DNA of 58,892 nt, the filler included. It is 5 parts of 5 records of this genome, joined end to end, with 100 filler letters (N's around TTAATTAATTAA, not from the genome) between each part and the next. Parts side by side here need not be neighbours in the genome. Positions count along the whole stretch, not along the records: positions 1 to 26,382 come from SRR31156797_1686; 4 more parts are not named here. One strand, 5' to 3'. Under the pieces are notes generated by a model. It was not told where the DNA came from and did not search any database. It saw only the letters and a list, made by a program, of their open reading frames with translations. Shown here in pieces: positions 1-9,704 of this stretch. How positions within the stretch are numbered: the first letter of the stretch is position 1; the number at the start of each line of letters is the position of its first letter. The position numbers were made by a program, and so were the translations under genes.

Positions 1-33
1 ATCTGACGTTCTATTCAGCTGAACTACGGAACC
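1..33 (-). tRNA. 5' half of a tRNA, probably tRNA-Arg, truncated by the window edge before the anticodon
   Basis: Reverse complement reads GGTTCCG-TA-GTTC-AGCTGAATA-GAAC-G-TCAGA-T: acceptor strand, T8A9, paired D-arm and anticodon stem 5' strand. A TAAATTTG promoter element lies at 44-51 (minus). The isotype is inferred from recalled resemblance to Bacteroidota tRNA-Arg. Confidence 0.8.
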
Positions 34-191
34 ATTGTGAGCACAAATTTAAAAAATTATTTGGTTCTGCAGGTCTCCCCTTCTACTCTATCTACAACAG
101 AATAATTCAACTTACTCTAAAGAACTATAAGCCAATTTTTAATAAATTCTCAGATCAATAGAAAACCAATGTTATATTTCTAAAGTTTTAC

Positions 192-199
192 TAATTTTG
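192..199 (+). promoter_or_regulatory. Bacteroidota -7 promoter element for leuS
   Basis: TAATTTTG matches TAnnTTTG, about 45 nt upstream of the leuS ATG. Confidence 0.55.
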
Positions 200-243
200 C
201 GGACTAAACACATTGAAATAACCATATATTATCAAATATTACA

Positions 244-3003
244 ATGGAGTATACGTTTAAAGAAATAGAACAGAAATGGCAACAGTACTGGAACGACAAT
301 AAAACCTATAAGGTTGATGTTGATGCTGACAAGCCAAAATTTTATGTGCTTGATATGTTCCCTTATCCATCTGGAGCGGGACTACATGTTGGTCACCCAC
401 TCGGATATATCGCTTCAGACATCTATTCTCGTTACAAAACCCTCAAAGGTTTTAACGTACTCCACCCAATGGGATACGATGCATATGGTTTGCCAGCGGA
501 GCAATATGCAATTCAAACAGGTCAACATCCTGCAATTACGACTGAACAAAATATTACTCGTTACAGAGAGCAATTAAATAAAATTGGTTTCTCTTACGAT
601 TGGGATCGTGAAGTTCGTACTTGCAATCCAGATTATTACAAATGGACTCAGTGGGCATTTATTCAAATGTTCAATCACTATTTCGACAATGAAACCGAAA
701 AAGCTCAGCCAATATCTAATTTGGTAAAAGAATTTGAAGTAAACGGAAATACAAAAATAAATGCTGCTTGTTCAGAAACTGAACCCTTTTCAGCAGATAA
801 ATGGAAAGCATTCTCAAATACCGAACAACAAGAAATTCTTTTAAACTATCGATTGGCTTATTTAGCCGATACAATGGTAAACTGGTGTCCTGAATTGGGT
901 ACAGTTTTAGCAAACGATGAAGTTAAAGATGGTTTTTCTGAACGTGGAGGTCATCCTGTTGAGCAAAAGAAAATGCGTCAATGGTCACTTCGTGTATCTG
1001 CTTATGCAAAACGTCTTTTAGAGGGAATGGAAACTTTAGAGTGGACAGACTCATTAAAGGAAATTCAAAAAAACTGGATTGGTCGTTCAGTTGGAGCAGA
1101 AGTTAATTTTGGAGTGAAAGATTCCGATATCAAAATGGAAATCTTTACCACTCGCCCTGATACGATTTATGGAGTTACATTTATGGTATTAGCTCCGGAA
1201 AGTGATTTGGTTGACGAATTAACTACTCCTGAGTACAGAGAAAAAATCAATGCTTATATCGAAGCTACCAAGAAAAGAACGGAACGTGAACGTTTAGCAG
1301 ATGTTAAAACGGTTAGCGGTGAATTTACTGGAGCTTACGCAATCCACCCATTTACTGGAGAAGAAATTCCTGTTTGGGTTAGTGATTACGTTTTGGCAGG
1401 GTATGGAACTGGTGCCATTATGGCTGTTCCTGCTCACGATAGTCGTGACTATGCATTTGCTAAAAAATTCGCATTGCCAATTATACAGGTTGTTTCTGGT
1501 GGCGATATTTCTGAAGAATCTTACGATGCCAAAGAAGGAAAGTCGATGAACTCGGATTTCTTAAATGGCTTAGATGTTAAAGATGCTATCGTTAAAGCCA
1601 ACGAAGAAGTTGAAGCAAGAGGATTAGGAAAGAAAAAAATCAACTATAGATTGAGAGATGCTATTTTCTCTCGTCAAAGATATTGGGGAGAGCCATTCCC
1701 TGTATATTTCAAAGAGAACATGCCATACATGATGGACATGGATCAATTGCCTTTGGAATTGCCTGAAATTGACAAGTACTTGCCAACAGAAAGTGGTGAA
1801 CCACCATTGGGACGTGCAACTGATTGGAAAACTTCAGAAGGACACCAAATTGAATTGAATACGATGCCAGGTTTTGCAGGATCATCTGCTTATTACCTGC
1901 GCTATATGGATCCACGTAATAATGATGCATTAGTATCTAAGGAAGCTAATGAATATTGGCAAGATGTTGATTTGTATATCGGAGGAACCGAGCATGCAAC
2001 CGGTCATTTGATTTATTCAAGATTCTGGAATAAGTTCTTATTCGATATCAACGAAGTTTGTAAAGATGAACCATTCAAGAAATTGATCAACCAGGGAATG
2101 ATTCAAGGTCGTTCTAACTTTGTATATAGAGTAAAAAATACAAATCAATTCGTTTCATACGGATTGAGAAAAGAATATGACACCACAGCAATTCACGTGG
2201 ATGTTAATATCGTGAAAAACGATGTTTTGGATACAGAAGCATTCAAAGCCTGGAGACCTGAATTTAATGATGCAGAATTTGTTCTGGAAGATGGTAAGTA
2301 TGTTTGCGGATGGGCAGTAGAAAAAATGTCAAAATCGATGTTCAATGTCGTAAACCCTGATGTGATTGTTGAAGAATATGGTGCAGATACACTTCGTTTA
2401 TACGAAATGTTCCTTGGACCATTGGAAGCTCACAAACCTTGGGACACTAACGGTATCGACGGTGTTCACAAATTCTTGAAAAAACTTTGGAGATTATTCC
2501 ACAATGGTGAAACTTTCGAAGTTTCTGAAGGTGAAGGAAGCAAAGAAGAATTGAAAGTACTTCATAAAACTATCAAGAAAATCCAGGATGATATAGAAAG
2601 ATTCTCCTTCAATACTTCAATTTCGGCTTTTATGATTTGTGTAAATGAATTGAACAGTTTGAAATGCAACAATAAAGCTGTTTTAGAAGATTTATTAAAG
2701 CTGCTTGTTCCTTTTGCACCGCACATTTCAGAAGAACTTTGGAACCTTTGTGGAAATACAAATAGTATTACTAAATCAAGTTTCCCTGAATTCAATGAAA
2801 GTTTTGTTGCTGAAGATACACATTCATACCCTGTATCATTTAATGGTAAAATGAGATTTAAGTTAGAGTTATCATTAAGCCTAAGTAAAGATGAAATTGA
2901 ACAAGAAGTTCTGAATTGTGAACAGGCTCAAAAATGGATAGATGGTAAGTCACCTAAAAAAGTGATTATCGTTCCTAAAAAGATTATCAACATAGTAGTA
3001 TAA
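244..3003 (+). CDS. leuS: Leucine--tRNA ligase
   Basis: 919 aa; MFPYPSG, HVGH (HIGH) and KMSKS motifs; TTRPDT and GTG editing-domain motifs. Confidence 0.98.
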   Translation: MEYTFKEIEQKWQQYWNDNKTYKVDVDADKPKFYVLDMFPYPSGAGLHVGHPLGYIASDIYSRYKTLKGFNVLHPMGYDAYGLPAEQYAIQTGQHPAITTEQNITRYREQLNKIGFSYDWDREVRTCNPDYYKWTQWAFIQMFNHYFDNETEKAQPISNLVKEFEVNGNTKINAACSETEPFSADKWKAFSNTEQQEILLNYRLAYLADTMVNWCPELGTVLANDEVKDGFSERGGHPVEQKKMRQWSLRVSAYAKRLLEGMETLEWTDSLKEIQKNWIGRSVGAEVNFGVKDSDIKMEIFTTRPDTIYGVTFMVLAPESDLVDELTTPEYREKINAYIEATKKRTERERLADVKTVSGEFTGAYAIHPFTGEEIPVWVSDYVLAGYGTGAIMAVPAHDSRDYAFAKKFALPIIQVVSGGDISEESYDAKEGKSMNSDFLNGLDVKDAIVKANEEVEARGLGKKKINYRLRDAIFSRQRYWGEPFPVYFKENMPYMMDMDQLPLELPEIDKYLPTESGEPPLGRATDWKTSEGHQIELNTMPGFAGSSAYYLRYMDPRNNDALVSKEANEYWQDVDLYIGGTEHATGHLIYSRFWNKFLFDINEVCKDEPFKKLINQGMIQGRSNFVYRVKNTNQFVSYGLRKEYDTTAIHVDVNIVKNDVLDTEAFKAWRPEFNDAEFVLEDGKYVCGWAVEKMSKSMFNVVNPDVIVEEYGADTLRLYEMFLGPLEAHKPWDTNGIDGVHKFLKKLWRLFHNGETFEVSEGEGSKEELKVLHKTIKKIQDDIERFSFNTSISAFMICVNELNSLKCNNKAVLEDLLKLLVPFAPHISEELWNLCGNTNSITKSSFPEFNESFVAEDTHSYPVSFNGKMRFKLELSLSLSKDEIEQEVLNCEQAQKWIDGKSPKKVIIVPKKIINIVV

Positions 3004-3026
3004 AGGAAAACACATAAGTTTTAAAT

Positions 3027-3066
3027 AAAAAGGCTTCGTTTTCTCTGTGAAAATGAAGCCTTTTTT
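3027..3066 (+). terminator. Intrinsic terminator after leuS
   Basis: AAAAAGGCTTC...GAAGCCTTTTTT hairpin with T tract. Confidence 0.75.
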
Positions 3067-3091
3067 AATACATCAAATTCTAATTTTACAA

Positions 3092-3952
3092 ATGAAATTT
3101 TCTATTACTGAAGCAAAATCCTATTTAATTATCACCTTGGGATTGTGCATTTACAGTTTTGGTTGGACCGCTTTCTTAATTCCTTCTGAAATTGTTGCAG
3201 GAGGAGTTGGAGGTATCGGAACTCTAATTTATTATGCCACCGGCAAATCAATTCCTGTTGGTTATTCGTTTTTTGTGATTAATATATTTCTGATATTAAT
3301 TGCACTTCGTGTATTAGGTAGTCGATTTGGTATCAAAACCATATTTGGAATTGTGGTTGGTTCCGTTCTTTTATCATTTCAACAGGAATGGATCACAGAA
3401 CCATTAGTTGATGACAAATTCATGGCAAGTATTATTGGTGGAATTCTGGCTGGTGTTGGAATTGGAATTACAATAACCCAGGGAGGTAGCACTGGAGGAA
3501 CCGATATTGTTGCAATGATGATCAACAAATACAAAAATATTGGTCCGGGGCGTATCATTCTTTACATCGATATATTCATTATCGCTTCATCCTATATTAT
3601 CTTTGAGGATATTTCAACCATTGTTTATGGATACGTTGAGATGGGAGTTGCTGCATATACCATCGATATGATGATATCCGGTTCAAAACAATCCGCACAG
3701 CTTTTTATCATGTCAACAAAATATGAGGAAGTAGCCGAGCGAGTAAGTGAAGAAACAGGTAGAGGAATTTCAATGCTGCACAGTACAGGTTGGTATACCC
3801 GCGAAGAGAATAAAATGTTGATGATTGTGGTACGTAAACATGAAACGCAACACATTTTTAAAGTTATTAAGGAAGTTGATCCTAAAGCATTCATTTCAAT
3901 GGGATCGGTTATGGGAGTTTACGGTTTAGGATTCGAAGAAATAAGAGCATAA
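3092..3952 (+). CDS. YitT family membrane protein (DUF2179 C-terminus)
   Basis: Multi-TM; GGSTGGTDI motif; C-terminal DPKAFI. Start moved to ATG 3092, downstream of the leuS terminator. Confidence 0.88.
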   Translation: MKFSITEAKSYLIITLGLCIYSFGWTAFLIPSEIVAGGVGGIGTLIYYATGKSIPVGYSFFVINIFLILIALRVLGSRFGIKTIFGIVVGSVLLSFQQEWITEPLVDDKFMASIIGGILAGVGIGITITQGGSTGGTDIVAMMINKYKNIGPGRIILYIDIFIIASSYIIFEDISTIVYGYVEMGVAAYTIDMMISGSKQSAQLFIMSTKYEEVAERVSEETGRGISMLHSTGWYTREENKMLMIVVRKHETQHIFKVIKEVDPKAFISMGSVMGVYGLGFEEIRA

Positions 3953-3954
3953 GC

Positions 3955-4827
3955 ATGAGAAAAATATTTCAAACTACAGATTTAAAAGCAACAATCCAAT
4001 CATACGTAATTATTACATTAGGATTGTTAATCGGTTCACTTGCCTGGACAGGATTTATTATTCCATCTGGAATTGTAGGTTCAGGAGTTAGCGGTATTGC
4101 AACGATAATATATTTTATAACTGGCATTAAAGTCGGATATAGTGTATTCCTTATTAACACCGTATTCCTATTGGTATCATTAAGAATATTAGGTTTTGGT
4201 TTTGGGGTAAAAACACTTTACGGAATTTTTGTAATCTCCTTTTTCCTTTGGCTATTTCAATCCATAATAACCGAACCTTTGGTATCAGACAAATTTATGT
4301 GTTCAATAATTGGTGGAATAATGGCTGGGGCAAGTGCAGGCATGATTTTATCAAGAGGCGGAAGTACAGGCGGTACCGATATTCTCGCCATGATGATTAA
4401 CAAATACAAAAACTACAGTCCGGGACAATTATTATTAACCATTGACGTTATCATTATTTCTTCCTCGTATTTTCTTGAAAATTCAATTGAGCAAGTTGTA
4501 TACGGATTCGTTACCATGGGAGTAAGTGCTTTTTGTGTTGATATGATTATTGAAGGAAGTAAACAGTCTGTACAAATATTTATTTTCACACAAAAACCAG
4601 AAGAGATTAGAAATGAAATTATAGGAACTTTAGATCAGGGATTAACTGTTCTTAATGGTTCTGGCGGATACAGTAAAAAAGATGTTCAGGTTTTAATGGT
4701 ATTGGCAAAAAAACGTGAATCACAAGCAATACTTAGAATGATAAAACTTGTCGATCCCGATGCATTTATCTCAATGGGAAGTGTAATGGGTGTTTATGGT
4801 AAAGGTTTTGATAAGATTAAATCGTAA
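3955..4827 (+). CDS. YitT family membrane protein, tandem paralog
   Basis: GGSTGGTDIL and DPDAFISMGSVMGVYG motifs; clearly similar to the upstream gene. Confidence 0.88.
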   Translation: MRKIFQTTDLKATIQSYVIITLGLLIGSLAWTGFIIPSGIVGSGVSGIATIIYFITGIKVGYSVFLINTVFLLVSLRILGFGFGVKTLYGIFVISFFLWLFQSIITEPLVSDKFMCSIIGGIMAGASAGMILSRGGSTGGTDILAMMINKYKNYSPGQLLLTIDVIIISSSYFLENSIEQVVYGFVTMGVSAFCVDMIIEGSKQSVQIFIFTQKPEEIRNEIIGTLDQGLTVLNGSGGYSKKDVQVLMVLAKKRESQAILRMIKLVDPDAFISMGSVMGVYGKGFDKIKS

Positions 4828-4875
4828 GTATTAAATTTCCCTAATTACCGAATTTACAGCAGCTGCATGTTGTAT

Positions 4876-4891
4876 GACTATAAAAATAGTT
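4876..4891. promoter_or_regulatory. Putative BlaI-family operator upstream of the M23 peptidase
   Basis: GACTATAAAAATAGTT; its reverse complement matches the blaI upstream site at 24451-24466 at 15/16 positions. Confidence 0.6.
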
Positions 4892-4923
4892 ATACCTTTA
4901 AGTCGTTAAATTAAAATCATACA

Positions 4924-6237
4924 ATGAAAAAGTACTTTAATTACAAAACTCTTATAATTGCAGCTCTAGTTTTTGCAAGTTTATGTGCATTAAATTTTCT
5001 AAGCAAAGATATTCCGGAAGAAGTTAAAACTGAGGCACATCAAGAAAAGGATTCAACTGAATTAGCACCAGTTAATTTAAAGTACGGCTTTCCGATTGAT
5101 GATTTTAAAGTAGAAACTAAAAAAGTTAAGCGTAATCAAAGTTTATCAACGATTCTGCGTCAATATGATGTTTCGTTTGCTTCTATAGATAAAATAGCAC
5201 GAAAGGCAAAAAAAGTATTCAACGTTAGGAAAATAAAATCAGGCAAAGAATACTCAGTACTTTTTACAAATGATAGCATTAAGAATCCTGAGTATTTTAT
5301 CTATGAAAATACACCAATTGAATACATTGTTTTCGATTTACGAGATACTTTGCATGTTTATAAAGGTGAAAAAGAGATAGAATTCAGAAGAAAACAGATC
5401 ACAGGAAGTATTGAGTCATCCTTATGGAATGCAATGGTAGAAGCGCAAGCCGATCCTCTTCTATCCATAGAATTATCAGAAATTTATGCCTGGACCATCG
5501 ATTTCTTTGGTATAGGAAAAGGAGATAAATTCAATATTATATACGTAGAAGCATTTGTAGATGATGAACCAATTCATGATATAAAAGTAATTGCTGCAAA
5601 TTTTATTCACCACAATTCCGATAATTATGCTTTTGCATTTAAAGAAGGTGAAAAATCAGGATTTTTCGATGAAAAAGGAAATAGTTTGCAAAAAGCTTTC
5701 TTAAAAGCTCCTCTACGATTTTCCAGAATCAGCTCCCGATTTTCGAATAGGCGATATCATCCAGTATTAAAAAGATACAGAGCGCACCATGGAATCGATT
5801 ATGCTGCTCCTACAGGAACACCAGTTCATACTATTGGAGATGGCGTAATTATAAAGAAAGGTTATCAGAAAAATGGTGGTGGAAGATATTTAAAAATAAA
5901 ACACAATAGCGTGTATACTACAACCTACATGCACCTTTCCAGGTTTGCTAAAGGAATGAATTCTGGTGTCAGGGTAAAACAGGGACAAACCATTGCCTAT
6001 GTTGGTTCATCAGGATTGTCAACCGGACCTCACCTTGATTTTAGAGTTCATAAAAATGGATCTCCTATAAATCCCTTAAAGATGAAATCTCCGCCAGTAG
6101 CTCCTGTTAAAAAAGAAAATCTGGCTAAGTTTGATACTCTTAAAAATAAACTATTGATTGAATTAAAAGGATTAGAGGATGTACCCAAGCCTTTAATATC
6201 TGATTCGATAACAAATAATTTAGCTTCAACTAAATAA
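4924..6237 (+). CDS. M23 family peptidoglycan DD-endopeptidase (MepM/Csd3-like)
   Basis: N-terminal TM; HHGIDY, YMHLS and TGPHLDF motifs. Confidence 0.92.
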   Translation: MKKYFNYKTLIIAALVFASLCALNFLSKDIPEEVKTEAHQEKDSTELAPVNLKYGFPIDDFKVETKKVKRNQSLSTILRQYDVSFASIDKIARKAKKVFNVRKIKSGKEYSVLFTNDSIKNPEYFIYENTPIEYIVFDLRDTLHVYKGEKEIEFRRKQITGSIESSLWNAMVEAQADPLLSIELSEIYAWTIDFFGIGKGDKFNIIYVEAFVDDEPIHDIKVIAANFIHHNSDNYAFAFKEGEKSGFFDEKGNSLQKAFLKAPLRFSRISSRFSNRRYHPVLKRYRAHHGIDYAAPTGTPVHTIGDGVIIKKGYQKNGGGRYLKIKHNSVYTTTYMHLSRFAKGMNSGVRVKQGQTIAYVGSSGLSTGPHLDFRVHKNGSPINPLKMKSPPVAPVKKENLAKFDTLKNKLLIELKGLEDVPKPLISDSITNNLASTK

Positions 6238-6272
6238 AAATCAATACAGAAATACTAGACTGAGCAATTACA

Positions 6273-6833
6273 CTAAAGTAATTGCTCTACTATTTTCGGG
6301 AAATGTTCATATTCTAATTGGTGAATTTTTTTTGCAACATCTTCAGCAGTATCACTTTCCTCTACTACACATTTAGCCTGAAAAACGATTTTTCCATCAT
6401 CAAACTTTTCATTCACCATGTGAATCGTAATTCCACTCTCCTTCTCCTTATTTTCTACAACCGCATTGTGAACATTCATTCCATACATTCCTTTTCCTCC
6501 AAATTTTGGCAGTAAAGCAGGGTGAATATTCACGATTTTATCAGGGAAAGCATCAATAAGATTCCTTGGGATTAGCAATAAAAAGCCTGCCAAAACGATT
6601 AAATCGATCTTTTTTGCCCTCAAAATATCTACAATTTTGTCTGATTTGTTAAAATCTGTCCTATTAAATACTAAACTTGGGATATTTAAGCTATTAGCCC
6701 TGTCAAGCACAAAAGCATTGGGATTATTAGTTAATATGATAGTAACCTCTATGTTTGATTTATTCTTGAAAAATCGAGCAATATTTTCGACATTACTCCC
6801 TGATCCTGATGCAAATATGGCAATTCTCTTCAT
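6273..6833 (-). CDS. purN: Phosphoribosylglycinamide formyltransferase
   Basis: IFASGSGSN, NIHPALLP and GITIH motifs. Confidence 0.95.
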   Translation of the reverse strand: MKRIAIFASGSGSNVENIARFFKNKSNIEVTIILTNNPNAFVLDRANSLNIPSLVFNRTDFNKSDKIVDILRAKKIDLIVLAGFLLLIPRNLIDAFPDKIVNIHPALLPKFGGKGMYGMNVHNAVVENKEKESGITIHMVNEKFDDGKIVFQAKCVVEESDTAEDVAKKIHQLEYEHFPKIVEQLL

Positions 6834-7032
6834 TGGTGTGTTTTATTATAAAATAGTTCGTTCAAAGGTATACAAAAGGCAATTCCAAGGAAAATAATTT
6901 CGCAGGAAAAGGAAAAAGAATTACCTTTGAGCGCAACTTTGTGAAAAATATTTGAATTATTTCAAGTAAATGTATTTCTTTGCACCGTTGAAAATTAATT
7001 AGTTTAATATTAATCATTTAAAATTTAAAGTT

Positions 7033-7269
7033 ATGTCTGATATTGCATCTAGAGTAAAAGCTATCATTGTTGATAAGTTGGGTGTAGACGAAACTGAAGT
7101 AACTCCTGAAGCTAGTTTCACTAACGATCTAGGAGCTGACTCTTTGGATACAGTTGAGCTAATCATGGAATTCGAAAAAGAATTTAACATCGCAATTCCA
7201 GATGATCAAGCAGAAAACATCGGTACAGTAGGTGACGCTGTTTCTTACATCGAAGAAAACGCTAAGTAA
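7033..7269 (+). CDS. acpP: Acyl carrier protein
   Basis: [12 protein letters not shown] phosphopantetheine motif. Confidence 0.98.
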   Translation: MSDIASRVKAIIVDKLGVDETEVTPEASFTNDLGADSLDTVELIMEFEKEFNIAIPDDQAENIGTVGDAVSYIEENAK

Positions 7270-7290
7270 TTATTAACCAGACCCTTTTTT

Positions 7291-8544
7291 ATGGAATTTA
7301 GAAGAGTAGTAGTAACTGGTCTAGGAACAATTAATCCTATCGGTAATAATATTGCCGAGTTTTGGAATAATTTGGAGAATGGAGTGAGTGGTGCAGATAA
7401 AATCACTCATTTTGATGCTTCAAAGTTCAAGACACAGTTCGCTTGCGAGGTTAAAAATTTCGTACCTGGTGATCATTTTGATCGCAAGGAAGCGAGAAAA
7501 TTAGATTTGTATGCGCAATACGCTTTGGTTGCGACCAAACAAGCTATTGAGGATTCAAACCTTGATCTTGAATCGGAAGATTTAACAAAAGCTGGAGTAA
7601 TCTGGGGTTCTGGTATTGGCGGAATTAAAACCTTCTTAGATGAAGTAACAGGATATGCGAACGGGGATGGAACTCCTCGTTTCTCTCCTTTTTTCATTCC
7701 TAAGATGATTTCTGATATTGCCGCCGGTCATATTTCAATGAAATATGGATTCCAGGGACCAAATTATGGTACTGTTTCTGCATGCGCTTCGGCTTCACAT
7801 GCAATGATTGATGCAATGAATTACATCCGTTTGGGTAAAGCTAATATCTTTATCACTGGAGGTTCTGAAGCATCTATTAATGAAGCAGGTTTGGGTGGAT
7901 TTAATTCTATGCAGGCATTGTCTACAAACAATGAAGAGTATAAAACTGCATCTCGTCCTTTCTGTAACACGCGTGACGGTTTCGTTATGGGTGAAGGAGG
8001 TGGCTGCTTAGTTCTAGAAGAATATGAGCATGCTAAAGCACGTGGTGCGAAAATTTACGCTGAAATTGTTGGTGGCGGAATGTCTGGTGATGCTTATCAC
8101 CTAACAGCAACTCATCCCGAAGGAAGAGGTGCAATTAACGCTATGAATATGGCGTTAAATGACGCTAGTTTGACTCCTGAAGATATTGATTATATCAATG
8201 TTCATGGAACATCGACACCTGTTGGAGATATTCCTGAGACAAAAGCAGTTCAAACAGTATTTGGCGAACACGCCTATAAACTGAACATTAGTGCTACTAA
8301 ATCGATGACTGGTCACTTACTAGGTGCAGCAGGATCTGTTGAAGCAATTGCCTGTATTTTGGCATTGAACAATCAAACAGTTCCTCCTACAATTAATCAT
8401 GGTGAGAAAGATCCTAACATCGATGAAAAACTAAACCTTACACTTCACAAAGCTCAGAAGCGCGAGATTCGTGCTGCCTTGAGTAATACTTTTGGGTTTG
8501 GTGGTCATAATGCTTCGGTAATTTTCAAATCATTCACTGAATAA
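7291..8544 (+). CDS. fabF: Beta-ketoacyl-ACP synthase II
   Basis: RRVVVTGLG, SACAS, HGTST, KSMTGHLLGAAG and NTFGFGGHN motifs. Confidence 0.97.
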   Translation: MEFRRVVVTGLGTINPIGNNIAEFWNNLENGVSGADKITHFDASKFKTQFACEVKNFVPGDHFDRKEARKLDLYAQYALVATKQAIEDSNLDLESEDLTKAGVIWGSGIGGIKTFLDEVTGYANGDGTPRFSPFFIPKMISDIAAGHISMKYGFQGPNYGTVSACASASHAMIDAMNYIRLGKANIFITGGSEASINEAGLGGFNSMQALSTNNEEYKTASRPFCNTRDGFVMGEGGGCLVLEEYEHAKARGAKIYAEIVGGGMSGDAYHLTATHPEGRGAINAMNMALNDASLTPEDIDYINVHGTSTPVGDIPETKAVQTVFGEHAYKLNISATKSMTGHLLGAAGSVEAIACILALNNQTVPPTINHGEKDPNIDEKLNLTLHKAQKREIRAALSNTFGFGGHNASVIFKSFTE

Positions 8545-8547
8545 TTT

Positions 8548-9288
8548 GTGATAAAGTCTATATTTCAATCCATAAAACTTTTATTCTTTCCTAGAAGGGA
8601 GTTTTATGGATTGTTATCAGATTTTTTAGGGTTTGATCCAAACAAACCTGACTTGTATGAATTAGCTTTCATACACAAATCTGCTACCATTCAAAAAGAT
8701 GGTTATGGTATGAATAATGAACGTCTCGAATATCTTGGAGATGCGATTTTAGGTGCCATTATTGCAGATATCCTATACAAATATTTTCCCAATAAGGACG
8801 AAGGATTTCTTACTCAAATACGATCTAAAATTGTTAGTCGTGAATCCTTAAATAAGCTTGCTCGCAAAATTGACCTGGATAAGCATGTTGTTTCGAATGT
8901 AAATTTGAACAACAACAAGCACATTTATGGTGATGCTTTCGAAGCATTAATTGGAGCCATATATCTGGATCAGGGATATGCTAACACTCGTATTTTTATT
9001 GAAGATCGTGTTTTTAAAAAGCATATAAATCTTGAAGAAGTGGTTACAATTGAAACCAATTTCAAGAGTAAATTAATAGAGTGGGCTCAAAAGAACAAAA
9101 AAGATGTTTTCTTTGACACTCAGGAAGATGGTGTAGACAAAGCCTTACGATTGCCATTATTTATCTCTGAAGTTGAAGTTGAGGAAGTAAAAATGGGCAA
9201 AGGAATAGGAACATCGAAGAAAGAGGCTCAGCAAAAAGCAGCACGCGAGGCTCTGAAAAGAATCAATCAGAAGGAACTAGCTTCCTAA
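8548..9288 (+). CDS. rnc: Ribonuclease III
   Basis: NNERLEYLGDAIL signature, DAFEALIGAIYLD and a C-terminal dsRBD; acpP-fabF-rnc synteny typical of Bacteroidota. Confidence 0.96.
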   Translation: MIKSIFQSIKLLFFPRREFYGLLSDFLGFDPNKPDLYELAFIHKSATIQKDGYGMNNERLEYLGDAILGAIIADILYKYFPNKDEGFLTQIRSKIVSRESLNKLARKIDLDKHVVSNVNLNNNKHIYGDAFEALIGAIYLDQGYANTRIFIEDRVFKKHINLEEVVTIETNFKSKLIEWAQKNKKDVFFDTQEDGVDKALRLPLFISEVEVEEVKMGKGIGTSKKEAQQKAAREALKRINQKELAS

Positions 9289-9395
9289 ACACATTCCAAT
9301 CAAAAATATTATTCTAACTCTTGATTCACTTTTTTATAAGTTAGAACTGGATTCAACCTGTCCAAAAATCAAGATTCTATTAAAATTCAGGGCAT

Positions 9396-9487
9396 AAAAA
9401 AAGGACGGTAACCACAACCGCCCTTTCATCTAACTATTAACCAAAATTTTTAATCAAGGAGATTGTACCTTATAGATTCGATCTCCG
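9396..9487 (-). ncRNA. Putative small regulatory RNA (~90 nt)
   Basis: Minus-strand TATATTTG element at 9492-9499 with TTTG at 9518-9521; 5' hairpin GGAGAU/AUCUCC; GU-rich single strand; terminator GGGCGGU/ACCGUCC+U7 whose G:U pair works only on the minus strand; no long ORF. Confidence 0.55.
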
Positions 9488-9692
9488 ATAGCAAATATAG
9501 TATCAAATTATAAACTTCAAAGCTGTTTTGGTTGAAAATTTATTAAAAACACCTGTTTTTTGCTTAATTATAATCAGTCCTAATTTAGAAAAGCTTCTTT
9601 TCACTTAAAACACTAATTTTCTTATCAATATCGAACTTATCAATTCTTGTGTTAAAGATTGTTAAGTCATAATTGTCTGTAAACGTTTTTTT

Positions 9693-9700
9693 TATCTTTG
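9693..9700 (+). promoter_or_regulatory. -7 promoter element 4 nt before the kinase ATG (near-leaderless mRNA)
   Basis: TATCTTTG at 9693-9700 and ATG at 9705; GTTAA direct repeats at 9651 and 9661. Confidence 0.5.
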
Positions 9701-9704
9701 TTAT

